Shown piece after piece: positions 13,054-25,329 of a DNA stretch of 64,000 nt. This DNA comes from Tubiluchus corallicola. Lineage: Eukaryota; Animalia; Priapulida. The notes below the pieces were generated by a model. The model did no database searches, had not been told where the DNA came from, and saw only the letters and a program-made list of their open reading frames with translations. The position numbers and the translations under genes were made by a program. How positions within the stretch are numbered: the first letter of the stretch is position 1; each line of letters begins with the position of its first letter. The stretch is from positions 3,038,001 through 3,102,000 of the forward strand of contig JAQGDQ010000001.1 in the NCBI GenBank assembly GCA_030141605.1, given 5' to 3'.

Positions 13054-13485
13054 GTGTCTCTCTCTGTCTCTCTGTGTGTCTCTCTCTCTGTCTCTATGTG
13101 TCTCTCTGTGTCTCTCTCTGTGTCTCTCTCCGTCTCTCTGTGCCTCTCTCTGTCTCTTTCTGTCTCTCTGTGTCTCTTTGTGTCTCTGTCTGTCTCTCTC
13201 TGTCTCTCTCTCTCTCTGTTTCTGTCTCTCTCTGTGTCTCTTTCTCTGTCTCTGTCTGTCTCTGTCTCTCTCTGTGTGTCTCTCTGTTTCTGTGTGTCTC
13301 TCTTTCTGTCTCTCTGTGTCTCCATCTGCCTCTCTGTGTGTGTCTCTCTCTCTGTCTCTCTGTGTCTCTCTCTGTCTCTGTGTGTCTCTCTCTCTATCTC
13401 TATGTGTCTCTCTCTGTCTCTCTGTGACTCTCTCTGTCTCTCTGTGACTCTCTCTCTCGGTCTCTCTGTGTCTCTCTCTGTCTCT
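12491..13485. repeat. ~1-kb (CT/GT)-mosaic simple repeat
   Basis: Almost entirely TC/TG dinucleotides. Source of the spurious SLCV-rich and RERD-rich ORFs. Confidence 0.97.
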
Positions 13486-14238
13486 TTTGATAAGGAGGTT
13501 ACCATAGCAACACATAGTAGCAGCTTACTGTATGTATTATCAATTATTAGCTTATTATTATTTACTATAGTGCGACTCTTTATTGAATATTGGCGAATAA
13601 AAAATAGTCGTGGACGTAAAGAATTTGTTGTTGCCTTTTTGCTATTTTGAAAATTTGCGATTATAAGCGTCAGCGCCCTGATTCTCGTTAGAGTTTAGTT
13701 GAATATGGTAGTCGGTGTATATGCGTATATCTTTACGAGACGGTGGAAACCTGGCGGTTAAATACAATATGAGCGAACGGCTTGAAACATACGTTACACA
13801 GAGTCCGAGGCAGGGTCGTACTGGCCTTTGCTGCGTTTCTTAACCAGTTTTTTTTGTTAACGCCCGTTGTTAGTAAGCAGAAGTCTGGTTGTCGAAGTTG
13901 CCACACCAAGGTATTAGTAACTAACTAACTATTAACTTGAATTGATTTGAGGAAAAATATCAGGGACTGACAACTATTCGCCTGTTGAATACAAGACCAC
14001 ACAAAGCTGTGCGCGTTTTAAAAATTGGCTCGCAACATCTTATATTCGATGCTCACGGCGGTTTCAACATAATTTCACAAATAGTGCCTTGTCTCGCCTT
14101 GCCCGCCTTACTTTAGAATCTTGTTTAGCAAAGCGATACTAAACCTTTTTGACTGAAGTCTATTTTTCAGTCAAGACAGTGGGGCCCTCCCGAGGCCCCC
14201 GTATTGATCCACGGGCCATAGGTATATAGCCCGAGCAC

Positions 14239-14525
14239 TTGTACACGAAACTGTTATTATGTACATGAAATTATTCCGTGTTTTATACAGATTATAAAAA
14301 TCACTATGTTGTAATCGTCACAGGGGCCCTTCGAAGGGAATGCGGCCCCTGATGAGGGGCCTGGTTGCTAGGAGTGCCCAGGTTGTACACAAAACTGTTA
14401 TTATGTACATGAAATTATTCCATGTTTTATACAGATTATAAAAATCACTATGTTGTAATCGTCACAGGGGCCCTTCAAAGGGAATGCGGCCCCTGATGAG
14501 GGGCCTGGTTGCTAGGAGTGCCCAG
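14239..14525. repeat. Two-copy 144-bp tandem repeat containing GC hairpins
   Basis: Copies start at 14239 and 14383 and are near-identical. Each has GGGGCCCTT..AAGGG and GGCCCCTGATGAGGGGCC hairpins. Confidence 0.9.
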
Positions 14526-16124
14526 ACATGTAAAGCCAGTCCATTATTACTATAAACATTGACGTTGCTGCACTTTGTATCGATTCTAATGGCAACACCG
14601 TCATCCAAAGCGAATAGCTAAATATAGGTCAAGGTTGTGAAAATGGCAAAAAAGAGCAACTTTGGCTAAAAATTCTGGACTCTTGGGAGATCGCTGGCCA
14701 AAATTTTATTTCATGCATTTGTAGGACTAGTCAAGCTGCAAATAAAAATATATTGATTAGTCCCCCAATACCCGCCCCAGTGGAGTTATGGGGATTTCAA
14801 AATGGCGTCTAAATTCAGCAGCAGCAGACACGTATCTTTTGCAATCTGATGACACCAACTGAAAAGGAGGTTCAATTTGGCAACGATAATGGTACAGTAG
14901 GGTAAGACCCCTACTATATATATCACCAATTAACTAGTGCTGGATCGCTCATTTACTGTCTGTAATAACGTGAGAAATAATGGGCAATTTTTTACGCCAA
15001 AATGGCCAAAATCCGAAAAAAAATCAAAATGGCGGCTTTTCTCAGAAACGGCTCATTTCTGAAATCTAATATTTTGGCTGTGGGGTACATCTGAGGGGAC
15101 CATCAAACCCTGTGAATATGAACAAAATCGGTGATTTGTCACCTTCCACTATTTTGCTGATTTTCTCACGGAATGACTCTTAAAATGTCAAATTACTTTT
15201 TTCAAATCAAATGATATGCTATGCATATAAAGTATGATCAAAAGTGAATTTGTTTATAAAATGCACAAGGCATTTTTATATTTTGCTATTTTAAACTGAT
15301 AAAGCACCCAGTACTCAACCACAGGGGTTTAAGCGTTAATAAACTCTGAGGTGATATAATCTCTAACCTTACTTTAGTGTTTGCAGATGTTAATAGGTGG
15401 CAGAATTGTACCAACTACAGTACATGAAAATGTCCAAAGTTGGTTTTCGTAGTAGTCAATCATCTACTTACTAACTATGTTGGGTGTTGTTATACTTCAT
15501 GGTAACTCAAGAAAGCACGTTTTATTCTCTTCCAATACCGAAAAAAATAACTGTGCTCCAACAGTAATTCACTGGTTACAGCCACTTACGACTTTTCAAA
15601 ATTTACAGCACTGAACTGACGTAAATTTGCACCTTAACATGCAAACTGTATTTACAACTCACTCAAGGTCGAGTTACTCTGAGACCGGTGAATTCATACT
15701 CGTCCTGTAGATAGGCATTTCCAAAATGACGGCTGCAAATTTCTGTTATCAGTAGTTGGCTAATTGCCAGCATTTTACGTGTGGTTACACTAATAATGCT
15801 TTATGTTTGCTGCATGTCAGTAGCAGTAGATCAGCATCTGTGTTGCTAATGCAGCAAAAATTGTAATGTAACAGGTGCAGTAATAAAAAACACTATTTAC
15901 AGCATATCAAGATTAACTGAGAAACTAAACTAAAGTTCTACGATAGATTAATTATCAATATTTGGCGAACCTCATCTTACCGCCAACCCCGCTATAACGC
16001 CACATTCAGTGGTGTCCCGGACCTGGCGTTATAACGAGGTTCGACTGTATTATCCGGGGAATATAGAATTAGCACTATACACACTGTATGATTTGCAAAC
16101 CTCTGCATTTGAAATACAACAGTT

Positions 16125-16272
16125 TTACATGGATGGTGGTATAATGACATCATAAAATGCATAAAAGCTAACATCACTTCCATCCACTACTGCACAATGA
16201 AGAGGAACCTGGTCATCCATTTCAGCTGACAACTGCATTAGTTGTGGAAGTGATGGCAGGTTCTCTTCACAG
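16125..16272 (-). CDS. TSEN54: TSEN54 last coding exon
   Basis: Encodes EENLPSLPQLMQL...VPLHCAVVDGSDVSFYAFYDVIIPPSM*. Confidence 0.9.
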
Positions 16273-19200
16273 CTAAAAAGAAACTTAGAGTTAGTTATGT
16301 TAAAACAAGATGCCTTGTATGGGAGTGTTACTAATTGCATAAGAACTGCAGACAAGCATTGTAGATTCAGGTGTTTGGAATATTACCTAAACAACCGTGT
16401 GGAACATTTGCAATAAACTTGATGATGTTGGAAAGTTTTCCAATTCAAAATCACACGAAATTATCTAAATCTTTCAATACTATGTACAAAGTTGCCAAAA
16501 TAAAAACAGTTGCATTCTGGTTTTGGTCAAATAAAGATGGGAGATATCGTTATGTTTTATCAACTGCATTTTGAATACAATTAGGTCTAAAGAGTGAGAC
16601 TATGCATGATGTATTAACATGGTATGCAAAAATGATAGTTGGAATTTGCCACATATTAATATTGAATATTTGAATTTGTTAATATTGAAATATTGAATTT
16701 CTCAAAATTGCCGTGTACTGCTTACCCATATTTTTTATGGCTATGTGTATGTACACCACTTTTTTACTAAGGTACAATGAATTTTATGCTTTGTTTTAGC
16801 AGCATGCCTTATCATTAAAGCAAACTGTTTCAGACTCATGCGTTTTATCAAATTTTTTTAAGTTGAATAGTATGTTTCCTCTCGTTCATAATATCATTAC
16901 ATGAACTGAAATATTATAAAGTATGAGTGTTTTTTGTGGTTTGTAGTGCATTTTCCTACAAAACATGCCACTTGGTAGCTGTTAAAAAATAAAACAGTGG
17001 AGAATGAAATTTAGCAAGGTGATCCATTGTAAAACTAGTCCAAATTCACAGCAAAAATTCCGTATATCATTTACAGTAATATAAATTCAAATGGAAGTAG
17101 CCAAACTATAAAATCTACTAAAGGAAGCAAAAATTACCTGGTAACACTTATGCGATGATTTGGCAAACCAGGATTTGACTTCTTGAATTGAGTATTAGGC
17201 AAAAAGACGTCAAAGTCAATAAGTAATGGTACTTTCTGGTGGAGCGATCTAAAACGTAATAATAACAATTAAGCATTCGCAGGCACTGTAGGAACAACAA
17301 ACATTCACGCTATGTTCATGTTTCTTCATTATTATTATTATTATTACTACTATTGTGGTATTTAAAAAAGTAAGTAGCTAAAAGAAAGCAGAATTTAGCT
17401 GTACTGTACGTCAGTTTTTCAGACATGCATATTCACTAGTGTACCATCCTCATAAAATTCTAGCTACACTAGAAGTAGACGGTCCTTCTCACGCACATTG
17501 ATGCCAACTGACTAACTGCAGTAAAACACTTATTGTTATAACTATGGGCTATAGTCACTGTGGCTGTATAGTCTCTGAAGTTTACTATGCTAGGATATGA
17601 CATTAAAAGCATTTATATATGGAATCGAAGTATCACAATTGAATAGCCTGCATTAAGGTGCTTGCGAAGCAAAAATAGAAATTCAGTAACTGAAAATACT
17701 GGTATTTCCACAAATCAAAATTTGAGAGAAAGCAAGACAAACAGTAAAAAAAGGCAAAAGTGCTTAACTTGCTATTCTCATGCCTTATTTTGTCATGTTA
17801 TTGATAGCATTGTTATACTACAGTTCAGCACACACCCAAAGACAGATACTGTAATTCTTTATATTAAATTAAATGTATTACCTTGATTTATTTGCAGAAG
17901 AAATATCAGCAGACTGAATGATGTCAAGACTAGTTTGCACGTCCATGTCAGATGTTACAGCCCAAGGCTTAACAAGTGGGGTGCAATTCTCATCAGCCCA
18001 TAGGTGTTTGCCTTTACTTCTTGACATACTGCTTATAAGAGCCTTTTCTGTCAGAATAGCTCTATACTCTGCCCACGACTTTGCTCGGTTTAAACGTGTT
18101 TTCACTGGTTCAGTATCTTTTACATGTTCCACATCTATTACAGTTAGATCACTATCTGATTCTACAACGACATCTGAATCAAAGTTGTTATCGTCAATTT
18201 CAAAATCAAGATCTGCATCCTGTTCCTCTGTGAATGCTCTGTACTGCATGGATATGTTGCTAACGCTTCTGCATGGTCGTTGGAAATTTGGTATTTGTGC
18301 ATTAAAGTCAAAGGTACTTCTGGAAGACACATTTGGATACTGGTATGAACTCTGTAAAGGTGGGCAGCTAAAGCCAAGATGTGAATTGGATATAATGTGA
18401 TTTCTACCAGCAAAATTAGGATTCACTGTTGAAGTATTAACCCAAGAATGATACCAGTTTGATCTGCGCACAGTTTGATCTGTGTACCTACAATCCATCT
18501 GTGAAGGTTCTGCTGGTAGTGCATATCTATTGGCTATGACAGGACTATCACTTAAGTATGTTTTGCCATCATCCTTGTCCTGTTGAATGGTCCCATGTTT
18601 CTTTGTTACTGCCGATTTATGCCTGCGAGTATGTTTTGAAAAATGAGCTATACTTCTGCATCTGTAATTCTTATCAGAATGCCTAGAATGCCTTTTTCGG
18701 CATTTTCCTTTGTATAGGTTAGCAAATCTACTATCTTTCCGACATGTTGCACAGACATTCTTATGCATTCTCTCATCATGACGCGTACACTGTCTATGCC
18801 AATTCCTCAGTCTCTCTTTTTCCAGTAAAAAGAGATCAACCTGACAGTTCTGAATGCTTGGCATGTTGATATTTGCTGGCAATGAATCGGGATTGGGCAA
18901 TGGCATCTGATAAACAGTATGTGAGCAATCACTAATGTTTGGCACATAAATGTCTAAGAAATCCTCATGAGCTTCTTTTACTTTGTAATTAGGAGAATCA
19001 TTATATTTATTAGCAGAATGAGCACTTGGTTCCTTTAGTTTTTCCGTAACAGATGTTTCAGTTACAGCAAGTTCGTGGCAATCATCATCAACACAACCAT
19101 TGTCTGCCTCGAGATCAATAACTTCAATTTCAAAGTTTCTTTCCACCTTATTTTTCTTTAATGGCGGAGAATGTAAATCACTTGATGAGCTCAATTTTGC

Positions 19201-21658
19201 AAAAGAACAATCACCGGAATTAACAGTTAGATGATCTTTCTTTGCTTTGAAAGAACTAGTGGTCTTACTTGAATCAATTACAGTACTCCCAGTCAGACTA
19301 AGAGGTTTTCTTGCCTTTAAGTGCTGATCTAAGTGGATAAGCCGTTCGTATCGAGTAAAGCCAGATCTACAAAACAGCCAAATTCTTATATTTTATTTTT
19401 GCACACAATTCATAGTTACTTATTCATTACTAGCTACTTTAATAAATTATTCCAAATAGTATATTTCAAAGTATTCTTAAGACTACATTGGCAAAGTACT
19501 GGTTTTTCTGCAAAAACAAAATTAGTGAGCGCTCTCTTCAATATCGAATTACTTAAGTTTGCAACTTCTTTTAATTTTTTTAAATTTGCGAGTGCATGTT
19601 TAGAAAAAATAACAAATACGGAAATAAAATCATTGATAAGAACAGTAACTGGAATGGCAAGCATGAATTTCAGCAAATTATAAAAATATAAGGGTTCTAG
19701 AATCATCAAGTTAAATCAATTATGGCAAAAGATTCTAAAAATGTGCCAGTTAACATACTTTCCTCTATGGAATTGTACGATAAATCCTAGTCGCTTCAAG
19801 TGACTATACACAATATAAAGTTGCAATGCAGCAGCTGTAGGAAGAAAATGAGCCATGGCATCTTGCACAGATAACGGAATGTCTTTGTATGTGACCTCTA
19901 ATTCTCCCTAAATATAAGAATTTGTTAGATATTACGTACAACATTCAAAAAAGGTTACGAAAAACATTTTCTAAAGAAAACTGCTGTGGACTGCAAAATT
20001 ACACTTTCTATAGCAAGTGAACATTTTGTGCTCAAAATAACAATTAAAGGAGACAATTACCATATACTTAATCTTTTATTTGCAAAGTAAATTAAATTAT
20101 ACCATATCCATTAATAACAAAGCTTCTTCTGGATTGAGTTGGAAAGATCCCTTTGTATCTGTTTGCCCCATGTGAGCCGCAAATTTGCCCTGCAAACACA
20201 GAAGTGGCAGTAAGAGGAAAAAAGAGGAAAAAGTGATTTCTATTTACCAAAACTGGAAAATGCAACTACCTTGATGCTGAATATTACATCATGTAACAAG
20301 GCAAATTCCAGAGGTAGAACACTTAGTATTTATAACATGATATATATGCTAACTATCCGATGGGTAATTGTTGTTGCTCATCAGAAAAGTCTTGCTCAGA
20401 TTGCTATTTAGGACATTGCAAAAATATGTATGCATTTCCTTACAGAAATGCACTGTGGTCCAGTCTGTCACACACTGTAAATGTGAACATGCGATGCTAT
20501 ACAAGGTCAATGTTTAATATGAACCTCGATAACCCTTCTTTTGACCATGGTAATGATGAAAATAACTTAATATTAAGCAGGCATTTTGTTCCATATGACA
20601 AGACCACCAAATGAAATGAAACGTTTCGCAACATTAGTCCTGCACCAAACAACTTGATATTCGTTAGATCTAGCATTGAAATGGTTTTGATTAACATTAA
20701 CAGGATTAACGAAAATATATGGTAGAGATTTATAGTGAGTTTTGTACATAAATATTCTTACGAGGTGCCAATTAAAAAGAGATGCGAATTTAGGTAAACC
20801 ATGAAAAATGTGAATTTATGAAACCATGCAAAAATGCGGGCACAGTTTAGGTATGGTTTGACTAAAAAATGATAAAGAGTTCACAAATGTGCTTGAGAAA
20901 GATTATTTTTGATACAGGAAATGATTCCAATATTATTAGCTATATGAAGCTAATCATATTAATGTGAGAGTTCCAATCTAGATTTTCGTGTAGTAGAATG
21001 CTTAAAAATTTTATTTGTTTAATTAATTCAATAAGAGAACCATTGATCATTAGAAAGTCAGAATTTGGGGGAACTGGTATTATGTTATGATGAATTATGA
21101 CATACCGTAAGTTTTGTAATTTCTATTGTGTTAGTTTCAGGCTTCCAAATCCCTTGTGACAGTGAAGATCTAGAAATCAGTAAATTAAAAATCAGGAACA
21201 ATCATTACAAAAAACAAAAATAGAATCATTCCCATTTAATTACGTCATGATATGCCACTAGTAAGTTTAGCTTCTGTTGACAAACATCAATAAAATTTTC
21301 AGACAACAACATTAATGTGAAACTCTAACACAATTATTATAGCATCAGTTATTCGCTCAGCAGCAACAGCTAACATGTCCATGCGTTTAAAGAAGTTTGA
21401 TGGGGGCAAAGAAGTACTAAACTCTATGGCATCTATTTTTACTCATATAATTGATTAAACAAAATTAAAAAAATTAGCAAGGAAACTTACATTTTGGCAG
21501 CACGCTCCCTGAAAAGAATATCTTTCAAATCGCGATGTACATGATGTAGTAACACTTTTTGCATCACTGATCCATCGGGAACATAATTTTTTGGTCCACC
21601 GCCACTATTAGGTATAGCCATTTCCTGACTTCCTTTAGAAACCACTAGCCGCTCTGCA
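16125..21658 (-). CDS. TSEN54: tRNA-splicing endonuclease subunit Sen54: complement(join(16125..16272,17138..17248,17882..19366,19759..19907,20103..20189,21106..21169,21491..21658)) plus an upstream first exon
   Basis: Spliced product has GPKNYVPDGS, LSQGIWKPE, GKFAAHMG...LNPEEALLLMD, DIPLSVQDA...LYIVYSHLKRLGFIV, YERLIHLD, IDFDVFLP..FKKSNPGLP and C-terminal VPLHCAVVDGSDVSFYAF. These blocks are collinear with human TSEN54 as I recall it. All junctions are GT-AG with consistent phases. Confidence 0.93.
17138..17248 (-). CDS. TSEN54: TSEN54 exon
   Basis: Encodes LLIDFDVFLPNTQFKKSNPGLPNHRISV; TTTTAG acceptor, AG|GTAAT donor. Confidence 0.9.
17882..19366 (-). CDS. TSEN54: TSEN54 large central exon (1485 nt)
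   Basis: Contains ORF 17878-19194. Starts SGFTRYERLIHLD and ends AKSWAEY...LWADENCTPLVKP...ANKS; phase 2 at both ends. Confidence 0.88.
19759..19907 (-). CDS. TSEN54: TSEN54 exon (N-terminal conserved domain)
   Basis: Encodes GELEVTYKDIPLSVQDAMAHFL...YIVYSHLKRLGFIV. Confidence 0.93.
20103..20189 (-). CDS. TSEN54: TSEN54 exon (N-terminal conserved domain)
   Basis: Encodes GKFAAHMGQTDTKGSFQLNPEEALLLMDM. Confidence 0.93.
21106..21169 (-). CDS. TSEN54: TSEN54 exon
   Basis: Encodes SSLSQGIWKPETNTIEITKLT; TTTCTAG acceptor, ACG|GTATG donor. Confidence 0.88.
21491..21658 (-). CDS. TSEN54: TSEN54 exon
   Basis: Encodes AERLVV...GGGPKNYVPDGS...LKDILFRERAAK; donor AT|GTAAGT. Confidence 0.9.
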
Positions 21659-22639
21659 CTGAAAAGGAAAGACAAACTAAATTGGTTATTACGTTATCGG
21701 GTATGCATGTATACTTATATGTAAGCGCCTCCTACGTAAGTGTGATAGCTTTCTCTCAATAGGCCTACTTGACCTTACTTTGTATGCACTTCATAATTCT
21801 CACCAAGATTTTTTACGGTATAGTAGTAAGGCATGCCAAGTCAGGCCTAGGCTTTGAAAGTCACCTAGATGAACACCACCACCCCCCACCCATGGAAGTT
21901 GCTGGCAATTTAAGTAATTCAGAGTGTCCTTCATGCATGCCAACATGTTGCAGCTGACCCTATAAAGCGGTGTGTTATACAAATCTAGAAGATTTTAGCT
22001 ATGCCAATTTGGGCCACTGCAGCCAAAAGATCAGAGTGAAACAGATACTATTTTGCAATAACTAGTAAATGAACCATTGAAGAAGTTTGTTGGGATAACA
22101 CATGAATTCTGAAGATCAAAGAACAATATAATTGATTTCCATGCAACACTGATCTTTTGTTTGATATCATAAAGTTTTTAAGCTTAAAGAAGTCATTAGG
22201 GATGACATTAGTCATTAGCCAGCCAAATTTGAGGGTGCCAATGTATCAATGCAAGTAAAATCCCAAAGACGAGAGCGACCCTTGGCCCAAGGGATCAAAG
22301 TCATGCTATCAGGCCTTTTGCCATATGACCTAGACAAACCCGCGGGCTCTAATACCGATGGAACATAAGCAGAAGTCAAGGCACGACAAATTAAATCAGT
22401 GGCAGCCTGGAAAGGTAAATCAGATAAAGTCGTAACAAATGCTACAACCTTTTCTGCTTAGATGGATTTTGCTAAATCTAATGGAACGTAAGTGGTAAGT
22501 ATTATCGCATACTGTCTAAGTTATTTGTATTAGACTTCGCCGTTCCCAAGAGTTAAAACCTATTTATTGGCATAATTGCAATTCTGCATAGCACACCATG
22601 AACCACTATTAATGCAAAATTATTATATTCATGCTCTTT

Positions 22640-23312
22640 AGAGAAGGGTATGTGAAGAAAAAAATCAGTAAAGCCAAGGCAACGGTGTGAATAATACGGA
22701 GAAGCTTTATCAATATGGATCATGATACCTTTGTATGGTTATACAAGATGTTGGTGAGGCCACATCTTAAATTCTCCAGCTCGGTTTGTCATCCTGTTGA
22801 TGTGTTAAATTGATATTTGGCTTAATAGCAGTGAACAAGTTCCGAGATACGCCACAAGAACTCTGACTGACTTAAAAGGATCAACATATGAAGAGAGACT
22901 TAGGCAGCTAAAACTACCTACACTGGCTTTCAGACGGCATAGAGACAGGATAGAAACATATAAAGTCCTGCACCAATAGTATGACACTACTGTTAGCCCC
23001 AAGCTACATCTCAGGGCACAGGTTGCTAGAAGTTCAACAAGAGGACATCATATGAAGCTATAAAAGAGTAGAGCGAATAATTCAGTACGTCTCCAGTGCT
23101 TTTCCAACAGGGTCGTAACACCTGGAAAAGTCTGACAATTGAAGTGGTATCTGCACCTAGTATAAATACAATCAAAAATAGGCTGGATAAGAGCTGGGTT
23201 TCGAGAAGTCTGGTCTACAATTATAAGGCTTCAACTGAGGATATGACGTCTGACATATCGCAAGATTTGGCTAGCAGTTTTACTTAGCCAAAACATCCTA
23301 AGGTAAGGTAGG
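22640..23312 (+). mobile_element. CR1-type LINE 3' fragment
   Basis: Degenerate IRRSFINMD..F..LYKMLVRPHL, YEERLRQLKLPTLAFRR, IETYKVL, TRGHHMKL, FSNRVV and SINTIKNRLDK. (TAAGG)n-like tail. Confidence 0.88.
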
Positions 23313-23894
23313 TACACTAGCTTCCCTCACACTTCAGAAATCATTATCGTCAGTACAATATATTTTTTTGATTTAGGTATTGCTCTTACATCTTATTTTA
23401 TCCTTATTTTAATTGTTCTTATATCTTACCTATGTATTGGTTTTTACTTACCATCACTCCACAGATTAGATATCAGATCTGGCAATATGACGAATCTTCA
23501 TAAATCCACTCGTCATCTGTTTTATTTTATTTATCGAAGCTCAAAACCGATAGCTAAAAGTCTTAGTTATCATTATTAATATGCACAAACAACTTGGATA
23601 TGATAAGAGAACATTAGAGTAAATCTCATGCAGTGTCGATAACGCCCCATGCGCAGGGAGAAACTGAAATTTGTTCAACGTGCGTGAACTACTACACATA
23701 TCCGCAGATAATGGTGACTTTTATAACGAATAACGAAGCAATTACAAATAAGTATTCACAATAACATTGCTGCTGTTGATCGTTTTACAGTAAAAGAAAT
23801 GTAAAATTGCATTAGGAGCATAACTAACAACAAAATAGCAGGTCCTAATAGACTTCAGGCCGAAACTTCATTAATGCACCACACATACTTGCAG

Positions 23895-23932
<38 letters not shown>

Positions 23933-23957
23933 CGTGTGTGTGCGTGCACATGTGTGT

Positions 23958-24010
<53 letters not shown>
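23895..24010. repeat. (TA)n(TG)n microsatellite
   Basis: Visible directly. Confidence 0.95.
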
Positions 24011-24013
<3 letters not shown>

Positions 24014-24387
24014 TTCTCAGAACTTGTCTCGTACACTATTCTCTGCCTATAACACCTTCATACTTGCTGCAATTGTTCTTTTTTTTCCAAACAAAAACGA
24101 AAGCATTATAAACAAAGATAATAATTATCTGCAGCAATTATGCAGTTCAATTTGAGATTGTTGTAAATATTTAAAAAAAGTAAATTATTAGTAAACGTTA
24201 GGCCTCCAGAGTACTCGTCTTCGCAGAGTACCCTTGTTCTAAACTATGCACTCATGCTATTTTTTCAAAGGAAAAATACTTCGGATATAATTATTATTGC
24301 TCACTGCTCTAGATATAATTAATTAAAAATAATTATAATAAACAATACATAAACATTGCACACAGCATTTGTCTACATTTTCTTTAA

Positions 24388-24993
24388 AGGAAAACAGGAT
24401 GATTTTTCATATAGTACCCAATTTTCAAGTCTGATAAAAAGTATACATTTTAACATAGTTAATACTGCAAAAGTGTTCTTGATAATTAAATAATAGATTA
24501 AAAACTTAATTAACGGTGGGCGAGCCCATCTATTGATGACATCACAAACTAACATCATTTTCAGCAGCAAAAATATTCCACGTACGTGTTTGCGAAAGCG
24601 AGTTCTGAAGTACAGTGTTACCATAAGATATTCAGTGTGTTGCATAAACTAGGCAAGTTTAAGATAAAAATTCAAATTTTAAATTTACCGCTGAGTGAGC
24701 ATGAGCTGTCGAACGTGTGCAGTTTGTCACAAACTAACATATCTGAATTGAGAGGTGCAGCACTTGTTTTTTGTGCAATGCATTTTCGAAATTCAGGCGC
24801 TGGTGCCTGTTTAACTAGCGAATGGCAAAATGCATGTAACAGTGAAGAACTAGTGGCGTGAACGTGAAATTGTGTTTGTGTGGTAATGATTCTTTCACGT
24901 AATTCATTTCTGAAAAAAATAGTATGTTTCCTTTCAATATTTTAAAGAGTAGATTATTTTGACATACAGTTTAACATTGGGTCCGGTTTTGCT
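24388..24993. mobile_element. Kolobok-like MITE
   Basis: TTAA flanks (24384-24387, 24994-24997), short imperfect TIRs AGGAAAACAGG / CCGGTTTTGCT, and a repeated internal TCACAAACTAACAT. Confidence 0.55.
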
Positions 24994-25329
24994 TTAACCA
25001 TTTTGGCAAATGTAATAAATTGATGTATGTTACAAAGTCAGTTTACTGATCATAGACATATATAAGTAAAGTTATTAGCAAAGCAGCGTTACACAGTTTT
25101 ATATACGAGTATGTTCACTTCTTGAAATGAAACCTAGGCCTAACTCGTAGTTGTTTGTCCTGGTGGAGTTAAAAAGGAATTACTCTTCTTGTCGCCATCT
25201 CGATTCCCTTCTTCCCAAAGAATTACTTTTATAACAGTCTCTTTGAGACCTCCAAAAACTGCTTCATGAATGTTTTTTGTGCGTGGTGTTCTGTCAAGTT
25301 TTGTGAAAAAAAGAAAAGACAAAAAAATC

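Larger units (their letters stand above)
11875..15179. mobile_element. Non-autonomous Sola3-like DNA transposon with ~500-bp TIRs
   Basis: TTAA TSD (11871-11874, 15180-15183) and termini 5'-GAGTCATTCCG...CGGAATGACTC-3'. Long inverted repeats at about 11875-12370 and 14692-15179. TTAA target, GAG..CTC ends and long TIRs together match the published Sola3 description. No transposase seen. Confidence 0.8.
9732..16047 (+). mobile_element. Tigger/pogo (Tc1-mariner) DNA transposon with nested insertions
   Basis: TIRs: CTGTCAAACCTCGTTATACCGCC on the left and the reverse complement of CAGTCGAACCTCGTTATAACGCC on the right. TA on both flanks. Degenerate CENP-B/DDE_1 transposase inside. Confidence 0.92.

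Noticed and set aside
12438-13650. Five long overlapping ORFs (RERD-rich and SLCV-rich, 193-378 aa)
   Set aside because: Translations of a TC/TG simple repeat that cannot form stop codons; they lie inside a transposon.
14345-14530. Hammerhead ribozyme (CTGATGAG in a tandem repeat)
   Set aside because: CTGATGA sits inside a perfect GGCCCCT/AGGGGCC stem, and no GAAA follows the candidate stem II in either copy, so the catalytic core cannot be built.
17918-18400. 160-aa plus-strand ORF
   Set aside because: Antisense shadow of the TSEN54 large exon.
23452-23516. Minus-strand exon-like segment with GTAAGT donor in the first TSEN54 intron
   Set aside because: Stops in all three frames, an A-rich acceptor, and a terminal ATG in the wrong phase to join 21658. 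At most a UTR or poison exon, with no support.
23845-24155. HT- and CV-repeat ORFs (also 5295-5806, 56252-56464, 59369-59575, 61896-62114)
   Set aside because: Microsatellite translation artefacts, apart from the genuine MGMT exon within 5388-5563.
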